A DNA stretch of 64,000 nucleotides from assembly GCA_963789395.1 (NCBI GenBank), contig CAWBKP010000006.1:37864-101863 (forward strand). The letters run 5' to 3'. The stretch comes from an uncultured delta proteobacterium (GTDB lineage Bacteria; Desulfobacterota; Desulfobacteria; Desulfobacterales; Desulfatirhabdiaceae). The notes under the pieces were generated by a model that saw only the letters and a program-made list of their open reading frames with translations, was not told the DNA's origin and ran no database searches. The position numbers were made by a program, and so were the translations under genes. Below, piece after piece: positions 52,265 through 63,260 of the stretch (the first letter of the stretch is position 1; the number at the start of each line of letters is the position of its first letter).

Positions 52265-52373
52265 TTAGCGTTTTCATTACCGAGGGGAGCCCCTGCAACT
52301 CATAGCCGTTTACGAAGCCGTCGATTTTCGTTTACTGATATGTAAGAAATCACAACTGGTTTATACGTTGCGG

Positions 52374-53378
52374 CTATTTATTATCAAGGCATTGAACCCT
52401 ATAAATGGTTATCGGCCCTTCGATTCCCTTTACGGTCACCGGGGGAAGGGCTTCGGTCTCAAATTCCGCAGACACCTTGTCCCGGGTGCCTTCGCAGATC
52501 AGGATTTCGCCGGCCTTTGCCAGGCGCTGCAGCCTTGATGCCATATTGACGGCCATGCCGATCGAAGTGAATTCCCGCTTGCGAATCGACCCCAGAATTC
52601 CCGAAAACACCTTTCCCGTGGAAATGCCGATGCCGATGTTCAGTCGGAATCCGCATCCGGTATCAAGCGCCATGTTGATTTCGGCGGCTTTTTGCTGCAT
52701 GTCGACGGCTGCCCGTACGGCCTGGATCGTGTCGTCGACATGCGGCACCGGGGCCCCGAAAACCGCCATGATGCTGTCTCCGATGTGTTTATCCGTGGTT
52801 CCGTTGTGCTGATGAATGATCTCGGCCATGGGCGTGAAATAATGATGGTTCAGAAACGCGGCGATGTCCTGGGCGTGCTGCTTCGCGGGACATTTTCGTG
52901 AAATTGCGGATATCCGAAAACAAAATGGTGACTTCGTGAAAGCGGGGTCTGAGCGCCTCCGCGGAATCGGTGATTTCCCGGTAAACCGGATCCGATACAA
53001 ATTGCCTCAGGCGTTTTCGAATGGTGATTTCATGGATTTTTGCCCGCAGTTCGCGGTTGTCGAAGGGTTTGGTCAAAAATCCGTCGATGCCTTCGTTTGT
53101 GGCCTGAATGGCGGTTTCCACGGTGGCATAGCCGGTCAGAATGATGCGGGTTATGTCCGGATTCAGGTTTCCGATGGTGGCCAGAGCCTCCAGTCCGTCC
53201 ATGCCCGGCATTTTAAATCGGAAATCACGGTGCCGATATCGGAAATATGGTCCTGGACAAATTGAACGCCGGCTTCCCCGTTTTCCGCGGTAAAAACCGG
53301 GTAGGATTCCCGCTGCAGCGCCCGGACAACCGACCGCCGCATGCCTTCCTCATCGTCGATAAACAGCAGCCCGTTCAT
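52374..53378 (-). CDS. Receiver domain plus class III adenylate cyclase (two apparent frameshifts)
   Basis: [11 protein letters not shown]...DLK/MPGMDG...[33 protein letters not shown]. Confidence 0.85.
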
Positions 53379-53383
53379 GGCAG

Positions 53384-54324
53384 TCACCCCCTGGGATGAT
53401 ATTTTTCGTGCATGCGCTTTAAGATGATCCCGTGCCACATGGGTATAGATCTGGGTGGTTGAAATATCCACGTGCCCCAGCATGATCTGAACCGATCTGC
53501 AGGTCTGCGCCGCCTTCCAGAAGGTGGCTGGCAAAGGAATGGCGCAGGCTGTGGGGCGTGATCGGCCTGGCGATTCCCGCAGCCAGCGCATACTGCTTGA
53601 GAATCTTCCAGAAGCCCTGCCGGGTCATGGGTTTGCCGGCCCTGTGCGACAAACAGGAACGGGCTGATAGCGGCGCGAAGGAGAAGCGGCCTGGCCGTTG
53701 TCACATAATCATCGATTTTCCGCCGGGCCGGCTGCCCGAACGGCACCATGCGCTCCTTGGCGCCTTTTCCAAAAACGCGAACGCAGCAGCCGTCCAGGTT
53801 GACATCCTGAAGTTTCACGGTCACCAGCTCGGACACCCGAAGCCCTGCGGCGTACATCAGCTCGATCATGGCGGCGTTGCGAATGCCGGCGGGCTTATTG
53901 CGTATCCGGCATGTTTAAAATGCGATCGATTTCCTGAACCGAGAGCACATCCGGCAGTTTCAGGCCGCTTTTGGGCAGATCGATCCGGGTGGCCGGATTC
54001 TTCTCCAGAATCTTTTCCTGGACCAGAAACTTGAAAAATCCCCTCAGGGTCACCAGATGCCGGGCCCGGGACCGGGGACCCATTCCGGAATCCCGTAAGC
54101 GGATCAGGTGCCTCAGGATCACGGGCGAATCCGCATCAGACAGGCTTTGGATGCCGCCGGCTTTCCAGAAAGTCCGCAAACCGGTTCAAATCCGTTCGGT
54201 AGGCGTCCAGGGTATTGGCGGAAAGCCCTTTTTCGATCAGCAGATAATTCAGATACTGATCCATCAGCGGCTCTGGCAGCAGCTCTGGCGAGAAGCCGGT
54301 CACAGGTCCGGCTTCAGCAGGCAC
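53384..54324 (-). CDS. xerD: Tyrosine recombinase XerD (several apparent frameshifts; start approximate)
   Basis: [72 protein letters not shown] across frames. Confidence 0.88.
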
Positions 54325-56823
54325 GTCCGATTTCCCGTTTGCATCGAATGACCGATAACTGCTCCGCTTTCCAGATGTCGCGGTTATATTCCAGGATGGT
54401 GCGGTCCGAAGAAAATTTTCCCGCCCTTGCCACATTGAGGATGGATTTGGCGGTCCAGGCCTCCCGGTCCCGGTACAGGGCATCCACTTTCATCTGGCAC
54501 TGGTGATAGGCCTCAAAATCCGCCAGCACCAGATACCGGTCTTCACTTCAAAAGGCCATCCATCAGGGGTTTGAACAGATCCGGATCCTCGGGGCTGAAA
54601 AATCCTTCCCGGATCAGGTCGATCGTCTGCTTCAGGAACGGGTCCTTCGCATAGTAATCTGCCGGGTTGTAAGACCGAGCGGATGCCGGAGACTTCATCG
54701 GCGGTCAGCCCGAAAATGAAGATGTTCTCCGGCCCCACCTCTTCCTGGATCTCCACATTGGCGCCGTCCAGGGTGCCGACGGTCAGGGCGCCGTTCAGGG
54801 CGAATTTCATGTTGGAGGTTCCGGAAGCCTCATAGCCGGCGGTGGAGATCTGCTCGGACACATCGGATGCCGGAAAGATCTTCTCGGCCAGAGACACCCG
54901 GTAATTGGGCAGAAAAACGACCTGGATCCGCTTTTCGGTCAGGGTGTCCCGGTTGATCATTTCCCCGATATGGCAGATCAGCCGGATGATCATCTTGGCC
55001 GTCGTATAACTGGGGGCGGCCTTGCCGCCGAAGAAAAACGTCCTGGGGTGAAAGTCCAGGTCCGGCTGCTGCCGGATCTTCAGCCAGCAGTAGACCACAT
55101 GCAGAATGTTCATCAGCTGGCGCTTGTATTCATGGATCCGTTTGACCTGAATGTCGAAGATGGATGCGGGATCCACCGGAACGCCGGTCAGGTTCAGGGC
55201 GATCTGGGCCAGCCGGTCCTTGTTTTTCTGTTTGACCGCCTGCCAGGCCTGAATGAAATCCGGGTTATCGATCAGCGGCTCCAGTTTTCGAAGCTGGCTC
55301 AGATCCGTGATCCAGGCATCTCCGATATGGCCGGTGATCAGGTCCGCCAAGATCCGGATTTGCGGCCAGAAGCCATCTGCGGGGCGTAACGCCGTTGGTT
55401 TTGTTGTTGAATTTTCCCGGATACAGGGCATCGAAATCCCGCAGCTCCTTTTCCCGAAGCAGCCGGCTGTGAAGCTGGGCCACCCCGTTCACCGAGTGGG
55501 AGCCGACAATGGCCAGGTGGGCCATGCGAATCTGTTTTTCCGCGCCCTCCTCGATCAGGGACATGCGGCCCATGATTTCCTCATTTCCCAGATACCGCAC
55601 CGACACATCCCGCAGAAACCGGCGGTTGATCTCGTAAATGATCAGCAGATGCCGGGGAAGCAGGGTTTCGAACATGCGGACCGGCCATTTTTCCAGGGCT
55701 TCGGCCAGAAGGGTGTGATTGGTATAGGCGCAGGTCCGGTTGGTGATGTCCCATGCCTTTTCCCAGGAAAGCCCGTGCATCATCCATCAGGATCCGCATC
55801 AGCTCGGCAATGGCCAGGGACGGGTGGGTGTCGTTCATCTGAATGGCGACCTTGTCCGGAAATTCGTCAAAGGTGGCGTGGGTCACCAGATACCGGCGCA
55901 CGATGTCCTGAATGGAGCAGGAAACGAAAAAATACTGCTGCTTCAGGCGAAGCTCCCGGCCTTCATAGATCTGGTCATTGGGATAAAGGACCTTGGAGAT
56001 GTTTTCGGAGATGTTTTTTTCCTCGACCGCCTTCAGGTAATCCCCGCCCTGAAAATACTTCAGGTCGAATTCCTTGGACGCGCGGGCCGACCACAGCCGC
56101 AGGGTGTTCACCGTATCATTGCCGTATCCGTCGATGGGCGTGTCGTAGGCGATGCCGATCACATCGCTGGTATCCACCCATTCGGTTTTCAGGGTCCCGT
56201 CCGGAAGCGTGATCTGCTTGACCTTGCCGTAGAAATGAACCGTCAGGGTGTATTCGGGCCGGGGGATCTCCCAGGGGTTTCCGTATTTCAGCCAGATTTC
56301 CGGAAGCTCCACCTGCCCCAGATCCCGGATGGCCTGATCGAAGATGCCGAATTCATAGCGGATGCCGTACCCGTAAGCCGGTATTTCCAGCGTGGCCATG
56401 GATTCCATGAAGCACGCGGCCAGCCGGCCGAGGCCCGCCGTTTCCCAGGCCCATGTCCGGCTCGTTTTCCGAAAGCTCTTCCAGGTCGATATGAAGCGCT
56501 TCCATGGCTTTTTGAGCTTCCGGATAAATCCCCAGGCTGATCAGGTTGTTGATCAGAAGCCTGCCCATCAGAAACTCGGCCGACAGATAATAGACCCGCT
56601 TGGCATCGTGCTGGTAATAGCACTGCTGGGTGTGAATCCACCGCTCCACCAGGCGGTCCCGGGCGGTAAGGGCCAGGGAATAATACAGATCCCGGCTTGT
56701 TGCCGTGTACTGGTCCTTGGAAAGCGAGTATTCCAGGTGGTTGGCAAAAGAAAGCTGAATGCTGTCCGCATTCATGCCCTTGTGAAACGTGCCCCAGTTT
56801 TCAAACAGACTGCATTCTTGCAT
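54314..56823 (-). CDS. glgP: Glycogen/alpha-glucan phosphorylase (several apparent frameshifts)
   Basis: [66 protein letters not shown]. Confidence 0.92.
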
Positions 56824-56938
56824 GGTCGTCTCCCCCTGAATATCTCTACCAGAAGATGACTCCGGATGCACGCATTTTTTCCGCCCAAAATTACAGAAAT
56901 GTTGAGATGGATTCCAAAATGAGTTATCTTGAAATCAA

Positions 56939-57369
56939 ATAAATACTCAGGTATTCAGGAGACAGAATTCAGGAGTCAGAATGAGGGCGCCGGCAAAGAA
57001 GTTTGAGCAGTTGTTGGTGTGGCAGAAAGCCCATCAATTCGTTCTTGCTGTTTATGTCTTGACGCGATCCTTCCCACGTTCTGAAATCTACGGGTTGTCT
57101 TCCCAATTTCGGCGCGCAGCCGTATCAATAGCAGCGAACATTGCTGAAGGATTCAGAAAGCGTGGAATCGCGGACAAGCTCCGTTTTCTCAATATTGCCC
57201 AAGGGTCCCTTGAAGAATCGAGGTACTATCTGATACTTGCCCACGATCTTGCATATGGTGATGTTTCTGAGCCAACCCGTTTGATTGAAGAGGTCAGTAA
57301 ATTGCTGGAAGCTTACATGCGGGCCATTCTGAATTCTGACTCCTGAATTCTGAATACTTGAGTAGTTAC
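56939..57369. mobile_element. Full-length non-autonomous element with heptamer-rich inverted ends carrying a four-helix-bundle gene
   Basis: Left ATAAATACTCAGGTATTCAG...GGAGTCAGAATG is inversely complementary to right CATTCTGAATTCTGACTCC...TACTTGAGTAGTTAC; two deleted derivatives in the window. Confidence 0.8.
56981..57346 (+). CDS. Four-helix-bundle protein (23S rRNA IVP/Avd-like family)
   Basis: L.VWQKAH, FP.SE.YGL.SQ.RRAAVSI.ANIAEG, IAQGSLEE. Confidence 0.93.
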   Translation: MRAPAKKFEQLLVWQKAHQFVLAVYVLTRSFPRSEIYGLSSQFRRAAVSIAANIAEGFRKRGIADKLRFLNIAQGSLEESRYYLILAHDLAYGDVSEPTRLIEEVSKLLEAYMRAILNSDS

Positions 57370-57415
57370 CATATCAGATAAACGGCTTCATGAAAAAACC
57401 TAACAAGAAAATGAT

Positions 57416-57650
57416 ATGAAACCAACCATTCAAATCAAAGCTGTTCGCCTCACTTGGCCGCTACATGCCGGATAACAGTGATGCGTTTCCGATCGACCCG
57501 GGGCTGACGGTTCAGGATCTGGCATCGGGTATGGGGGTTCCCCTGGAATCCGCCAGGCTGATATTTGTCAATGGGCAAAAACGCGATCTGGCTGCAACGC
57601 TTTTTGGCGGCGAGCGCGTGGCCATATTTCCGCCGGTCGGCGGCGGATGA
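57416..57650 (+). CDS. MoaD/ThiS sulfur carrier (frameshift near 57440)
   Basis: MKPTIQIK/LFASLGRY...FVNG...VAIFPPVGGG-stop. Confidence 0.8.
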
Positions 57651-57662
57651 AAGGAGAGGCCG

Positions 57663-58410
57663 ATGCCTGACGATGGCCGATCAGCGGCAGTCTCTACCCT
57701 TGACCCCCTCCAGATTCCGGAGCGTTATGCCCGGAACATGGGAACATTCTCCATTCCGGACCAGAATCTTCTGCTCGGCTCCCGGGTCTGCATCGTCGGA
57801 CTGGGCGGGCTGGGCGGCGCGGTGGCTCGAAATCCTGGCACGCCTGGGCATCGGCAATTTGACCCTGGTTGACGGGGATGTTTTCGAAGAGAGCAATTTA
57901 AACCGCCAGCTCCTCAGTACCCCTCAAACCCTGGGTGCCTCCAAGACGGCAACCGCCGCAAACCGGGTCCGCCAGATCAATCCATCGGTTCAGACCTGCA
58001 TGCATGACGTATTTCTGGATGCAGAGAATGCCGATCGGATCATCGCAGGCGCGGATGTGGTCGTGGACTGCCTGGATAACCTGAAAACCCGGTTTGTCCT
58101 GGAAAAAGCCGCCAGAGCCGCCAAAATCCCTCTGGTATCCGCCGCCATTGCCGGCACCTATGGACAGATCACCACGATTTTCCCGGAAGATCCGGGACTT
58201 TCCCTGATCTACGGCCCGGAAGACCAGGTCCCGGCCAAAGGCGCGGAAACCACCCTGGGTACGCTTCCCTATACCGCCATGATGATGGCATCCCTGGAAT
58301 GCTCGGAAATCACCAAGATCTTCTTAAACGCGGGAAGCCTGCTGCGCAATAAACTCCTTGTCATGGATCTGATGGACAATGCGATGGAGGTGCTTTCCCT
58401 GGATTGCTGA
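57663..58410 (+). CDS. ThiF/MoeB-family adenylyltransferase (frameshift near 57825)
   Basis: ERYARN, VGLGGLGG, DGDVFEESNLNRQ, VDCLDN. Confidence 0.88.
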
Positions 58411-58549
58411 AACGCTTATTTCCTTTAAAAAACAGCATGCGGATCTAATGTTTATTTATTTCGTTTGATCAAGTTTTATTAAAAATCACTCAAGTATTCC
58501 ATCAATAAGCCGAGAATGAATATATGCCTTCTCTTTCATGCGGGTGACT

Positions 58550-58571
58550 TATGGGTATGTGTATACCCATA
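58550..58571. promoter_or_regulatory. Operator-like palindrome TATGGGTAT-N4-ATACCCATA
   Basis: Perfect 9-bp inverted repeat upstream of the nusG paralog; conserved near 63861-63882. Confidence 0.55.
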
Positions 58572-58665
58572 TAAGCGTTGAAAAAATCCCCCTTTCAATC
58601 GTTATGTATTGGTGACATAGATATACTACAAAAAGTTTTTACTACCCAACCCGGCTGGGATAAAT

Positions 58666-59166
58666 ATGAAAGACTGGTATTGTATTCACATCAAACCGAC
58701 CAAGGAAGACTCCGTCTGCCAACTGCTGAGGGATCTGCCGGAGGTCGAGACATTCAGCCCAAAAATTCAGAAGCGCCGATATCTTCGGTCCAAACCGCGA
58801 CTGGTGGTTGAAAATCTGTTCCCCTGCTATGTTTTTGTTAAATTCGATGCGCCGCGGTATGCGCAGACCATTCGGTACACCCGGGGGGTCAGAAGGATGG
58901 TGGGGGACCATACCGGTCATCCCTGGACCGTTGACGATGCCATTATTGATTTCATCAGATCCCGGACCGAAAATGGTTTTGTCGATCCGGAAGCGCCCCG
59001 GTTCTATGCCGGTGAAACGGTCCGGATTACAGAAGGTCCTCTGGCAGGATTGCAGGGAATTTTCCTCAGTGAAATGAATGCAACCGAGCGGGTCATTCTG
59101 TTGCTGAACACCATTCAAAGCCAGGCACGGATTCAGATTGAAAAAAGGATGATCGCAAAGATATAG
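58666..59166 (+). CDS. NusG-paralog antiterminator (RfaH/UpxY/LoaP-like)
   Basis: WYCIH.KP, LFPCYVFV, TRGVRRMVG, KOW GETVRITEGPLAG. Confidence 0.88.
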   Translation: MKDWYCIHIKPTKEDSVCQLLRDLPEVETFSPKIQKRRYLRSKPRLVVENLFPCYVFVKFDAPRYAQTIRYTRGVRRMVGDHTGHPWTVDDAIIDFIRSRTENGFVDPEAPRFYAGETVRITEGPLAGLQGIFLSEMNATERVILLLNTIQSQARIQIEKRMIAKI

Positions 59167-59420
59167 TAGCTTCATTCGAAGCATAAAATTCGAAACAATG
59201 GTCAACTATAGAGAATACTAATGTTCAAAACAGGTTGTTTGCAAACAGATCGTTTCAGTCATTCAGACATTAGAATTTCGATTTTCGGTTTTTGCCGGAA
59301 CGGGCTTTCGGTTCAGGCGATAGAGTATGACATTATTCACAAAGTGCAGCGCTATCTTAATGGCAAGCGATGCCTTGCTTGTTTTTGTGACCCATGTAAA
59401 GCTGAAATATGACAGCTAAT

Positions 59421-59432
59421 GGCGGCAGCCTG
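59421..59432 (+). promoter_or_regulatory. ops-like element
   Basis: GGCGGCAGCCTG versus ops GGCGGTAGnnTG; identical in the inverted copy at 63100-63111. Confidence 0.5.
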
Positions 59433-59459
59433 CCCAACGGCTGCGAAAGAGGAGCCCCC

Positions 59460-60198
59460 ATGAAAGCCATCACCAAATGCCTGCGATTATTCATTCTGAT
59501 TGCTCTGCCCGCGTTGTTTTTCACCGGATGTGCAGCCCGATCGCCGTCAACCCCACACCGGTGGACTCTCCCCTGATGATCAAGCCGCCTACTATGAGCA
59601 GGAATACCGGATCAACCCCGGAGATCAGCTCGACATCAAGTTTTTCTACAATTCCGAGCTCAATGAATCGGTGACAGTGCGCTCCGACGGCCGCATATCG
59701 CTGCAGCTGGTGGGGGAACTGGTCAGTGCCGGCATGACGCCTGCTCAGCTTTCTGCGCAGATCAAAGAAAAATACGCGCCGGTCCTGGTTCGGCCGGATG
59801 TTACCGTTATCGTCAAGGAATCGAGCGGCCACAAGGTCTTTGTGGACGGCGAAGTCAACACGCCGGGTGTTTATGACATCATCGGCCCCAAAACCATCCG
59901 CCAGTCCCTTGCCCAGGCAGGCGGCATCAAGGAAACAGCCAGGACAAAGGAAATTCTGGTCATTCGGCAGCGAAAGGATCAGGATCCCCTGATCGTGGCC
60001 GTCAACCTGGAATCCATCAACAGCGGAGCAGATTTTTCCCAGAATATTGTCCTGGCTCCCTACGACATTGTCTATGTTCCCCGCTCTCCCATTGCCAATG
60101 CCGATCTGTGGGTAAAACAGTACATTCGTGATCTGCTGCCGATTATGCCGGGTATAGGTTTCAATTTGGCGGGAATTAGGCGGATACCCGGACTTTGA
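59460..60198 (+). CDS. Wza-like polysaccharide export lipoprotein (frameshifted 5' part)
   Basis: FFTGC lipobox; YRINPGDQL; VRSDGRISL; VDGEV..PG; DIVYVP. Confidence 0.88.
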
Positions 60199-60263
60199 TA
60201 GCGGCGACGATTTTGCGATTCGCTGCATCGTCTAACACTTTATAATACAATCGAGAATAACCC

Positions 60264-61300
60264 ATGCCTTCCGATCCTATAAAGTATCAGCGAACGACCC
60301 AGGTTGTGCCTGCGGAACGAACATACCATCCGTCGGTGCAGAGACTGCCGCGTGATCCATATTCCCATGATTTCAATCTGCGGGACATTCTGATCGTGGT
60401 ATTCAAACACAAGTATAAAATCATGGGAGTGTTCCTGCTGTCGCTCCTGCTGTCTCCCCTGGTTTATTATCTGCTTCCGGTAAATATCTTGCTACTGCCA
60501 CCCTGATGGTCACCCAGGGACGGGAATACTCCCGCCCGAATCTGGCTAACAACGAACAGGCGCCGGTGCGTTACGGACTGGAGCAGATCATCGGGTCGGA
60601 AACCGCAATTCTTGGCAGCAACGATGTCAAGGACATGGCCATCGAAAGAATCGGAGCTACCAGGATTTATCCGGATCTTGTCAGGGTGCCTGACGGGGTG
60701 AATCTGTTTGATGTCACCCGGGTTGAAATGGAACGGAACCTGGGCATTGAAAAGAGTAAATCGTCAAATATCATCAAGGTGTCTTTCCAGAACGAAAATC
60801 CGGAAACGGCAGCCCTTGTGGTCAATCAACTGGTGGATGCTTACATTGAAAAGCGCCTTCAAGTCCTCAATAGCGAAAAACCCAAGCAGTTTCTGGAAAA
60901 AAAAGTCAATGAATACCAGCAACGCCTGCGGGAATCAGAGGATAAACTGGAGGCGTTTCGGCAGCAGCACCAGGTGTTCGCTCTGGATGAGCAGAAACAA
61001 ATGTTCATTCAGCAGCGATCCAATCTGGATAACGCAATCAAGGCTGCTCAGACCCAAAGCAAGGAACTTCAGCAGAAACTGGTCGTCGCTGGAAAGCCAG
61101 ATGCGTCAGGTTCCCCAGAACCTGCCGGCTGCCCAGGTTGTGCAGACCCCAAACGATGCTGACGGCCAGCTGCTTGCCCTACAGAGAAAAGAGCGGGAAT
61201 TGTTGACCAAATATCGGGAAAATACCCCCTTTGTTGAAAACGTGCGAAACGAAATCCGTCTGGTTCAGGACTATCTGGCCAAACAGAAGAAGGAACCCGC
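60264..61300 (+). pseudogene. Wzc/GumC-like polysaccharide co-polymerase, 3' truncated at the inversion junction
   Basis: LRDIL.V.FKHK TM segment, SNIIKVSF...P..AA.VVN, coiled coil; no second TM or C-terminus. Confidence 0.8.
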
Positions 61301-62268
61301 AGGGCGTGTTTTCCCGATATTTGGTCAACAACTCCCGCTCTTTTCTCTGTAGGGCAAGCAACTGGGTCTTTCGGCATCGTTTGGGGTCTGCACAACCGGG
61401 GCAGCCGGCAGGTTCTGGGGAACCTGTCGCGTCTGGATTTCCAGAGAAGACTGTTTCTGCTGAAGTTCCTTGTTTTGGGTCTGAGCAGCCTTGATTGCGT
61501 TGTCCAGATTGGACCGCTGCTGGATGAGCAGTTGTTTCTGCTCATCCAGCGCGAACACCTGGTGCTGCTGCCGAAAAGCCTCCAGTTTATCCTCTGATTC
61601 CCGCAGGCCTTGCCGGTATTCATTAACTTTTTTTTCCAGAAACTGTTTGGGCTTTTCGCTATTCAGGACCTGAAGGCGTTTTTCGATGTAAGCGTCCACC
61701 AGGTTGATTGACCACGAGGGCTGCCGTATCCGGGTTTGCGTTCTGATAAGACACCTTGATGATATTTGACGATCTGCCCTTTTCAATACTCAGATCCGGT
61801 TCCATTTGAGTCCGGGTGAATTCAAGCAGATTCACCCCGTCAGGCCTCGGGCAATTCCGGATAAATCCTGTCGGCGCCGGTTCTTTTTATGGCCATGTCC
61901 TTGACATCGTTGCTGCCAAGAATTGCGGTTTCTGAACTGATGATCTGCTCCAGGCCGTAACGCACCGGCGCCTGTTCGTTGTTAGCCAGATTCGGGCGGG
62001 AGTATTCCCGTCCCTGAGTGACCATCAGGGTGGCAGTAGCAAGATATTTTACCGGAAACAGATAATAAACCAAGGGAGAAAGAAAGAGCGCCACCAGGAA
62101 AAGTCCCATGATTTTTAGCTTGTGTTTGAATACCACGATAAGAATGTCCCGAAGATTGAAATCATGGGAATATGGGTCACGCGGCAGTCTCTGCACCGAC
62201 GGATGGGATGTTCGTTCCGCAGGCACAACCTGGGTCGTTCGCTGATACTGAACAGAATCTGTAGACAT
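61301..62268 (-). pseudogene. Second Wzc/GumC-like copy, 3' truncated at the junction
   Basis: Paralog of 60264..; ends at ...LLTKYRENTP. Confidence 0.8.
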
Positions 62269-62352
62269 GTGTTATTCTCGTTTATTTAATAAAGTGTTAG
62301 ATAATGCGGCGAATCGCAGTATCATCGCCGCAATCAAATTCCGGATACCCGC

Positions 62353-63072
62353 CTAATCTATAGTGAAACCGACGCCCGGTGTAATCGGCAGCAAATCGCG
62401 AATGTACTGTCTTACCCAGAGATCGGCATTGGCAATGGGAGAGCGGGGAACATACACGATGTCGTAGGGAGACAGGACGATATTCTGGGAAAAATCCGCC
62501 CCGCTGTTGATGGATTCCAGGTTGACGGCCACAACCAGGGGCTCCTGATCCTTTTGCTGCCGAATGACCAGAATTTCATTTGTTCTGGCCGTATCCAAGA
62601 TGCCGCCAGCCTGGGCAAGGGAGTGGCGGATGGTTTTGGGACCAATGAGTTCATAAACACCCGGCATTTTGACTTCGCCGTCCACAAAGACCCTATAACC
62701 GCTCGAAACCCTGACGATGACAGTAACATCCGGCCGGACAAGAATTGGCGCAAATTTTTCTTTGATCTGCGTAGTAAGCTGAACAGGCGACATGCCGACA
62801 ACATCCATCTCCCCCACCAACTGCAGGGAAATGCGGCCGTCGGAACGCACCGTCACCGATTCATTGAGCTCGCTATTGTAGAAAAATTTGATGTCAAGCT
62901 GATCTCCGGGGCTAATTCGGTATGCCTGCTCATATTTAGCTTGCTTAGTCATCAGGGGAGAGTCCACCGGTGTGGGATTGACGGCGAGCGGGCCGGCAGC
63001 ACAGCCGGTGAAAAACAGCGCGGACAGGGTAATCAGAATGAATAATCGCAGACATTTGGTGCTGGCTTGCAT
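62353..63072 (-). CDS. Second Wza-like polysaccharide export lipoprotein
   Basis: Intact ORF, FFTGC lipobox, same motifs as 59460; GAGGAG RBS. Confidence 0.9.
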   Translation of the reverse strand: MQASTKCLRLFILITLSALFFTGCAAGPLAVNPTPVDSPLMTKQAKYEQAYRISPGDQLDIKFFYNSELNESVTVRSDGRISLQLVGEMDVVGMSPVQLTTQIKEKFAPILVRPDVTVIVRVSSGYRVFVDGEVKMPGVYELIGPKTIRHSLAQAGGILDTARTNEILVIRQQKDQEPLVVAVNLESINSGADFSQNIVLSPYDIVYVPRSPIANADLWVRQYIRDLLPITPGVGFTID

Positions 63073-63260
63073 GGGGGCTCCTCTTTCGCAGCCTTTGGGC
63101 AGGCTGCCGCCATTAGCTGTCATTTTTCAGCTTTACATTAATAGCAGCAAATCGAGACGTGTGACACAGTGTCACGCTCCCCCTTTTTTTTGAAAGAGGA
63201 AGAAACAGCATTTTAACGCTCTATCTTGCTGGCAACTCATGGTTATTAGTCAATGATGCG

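Noticed and set aside
56981..57346. Diversity-generating retroelement suggested by the Avd-like protein
   Set aside because: No reverse transcriptase and no TR/VR pair with adenine-specific mismatches seen in the window
63159..63176. GTGACAC-A-GTGTCAC palindrome as a CRP/FNR site
   Set aside because: Spacing does not fit TGTGA-N6-TCACA and it is absent from the paralogous arm
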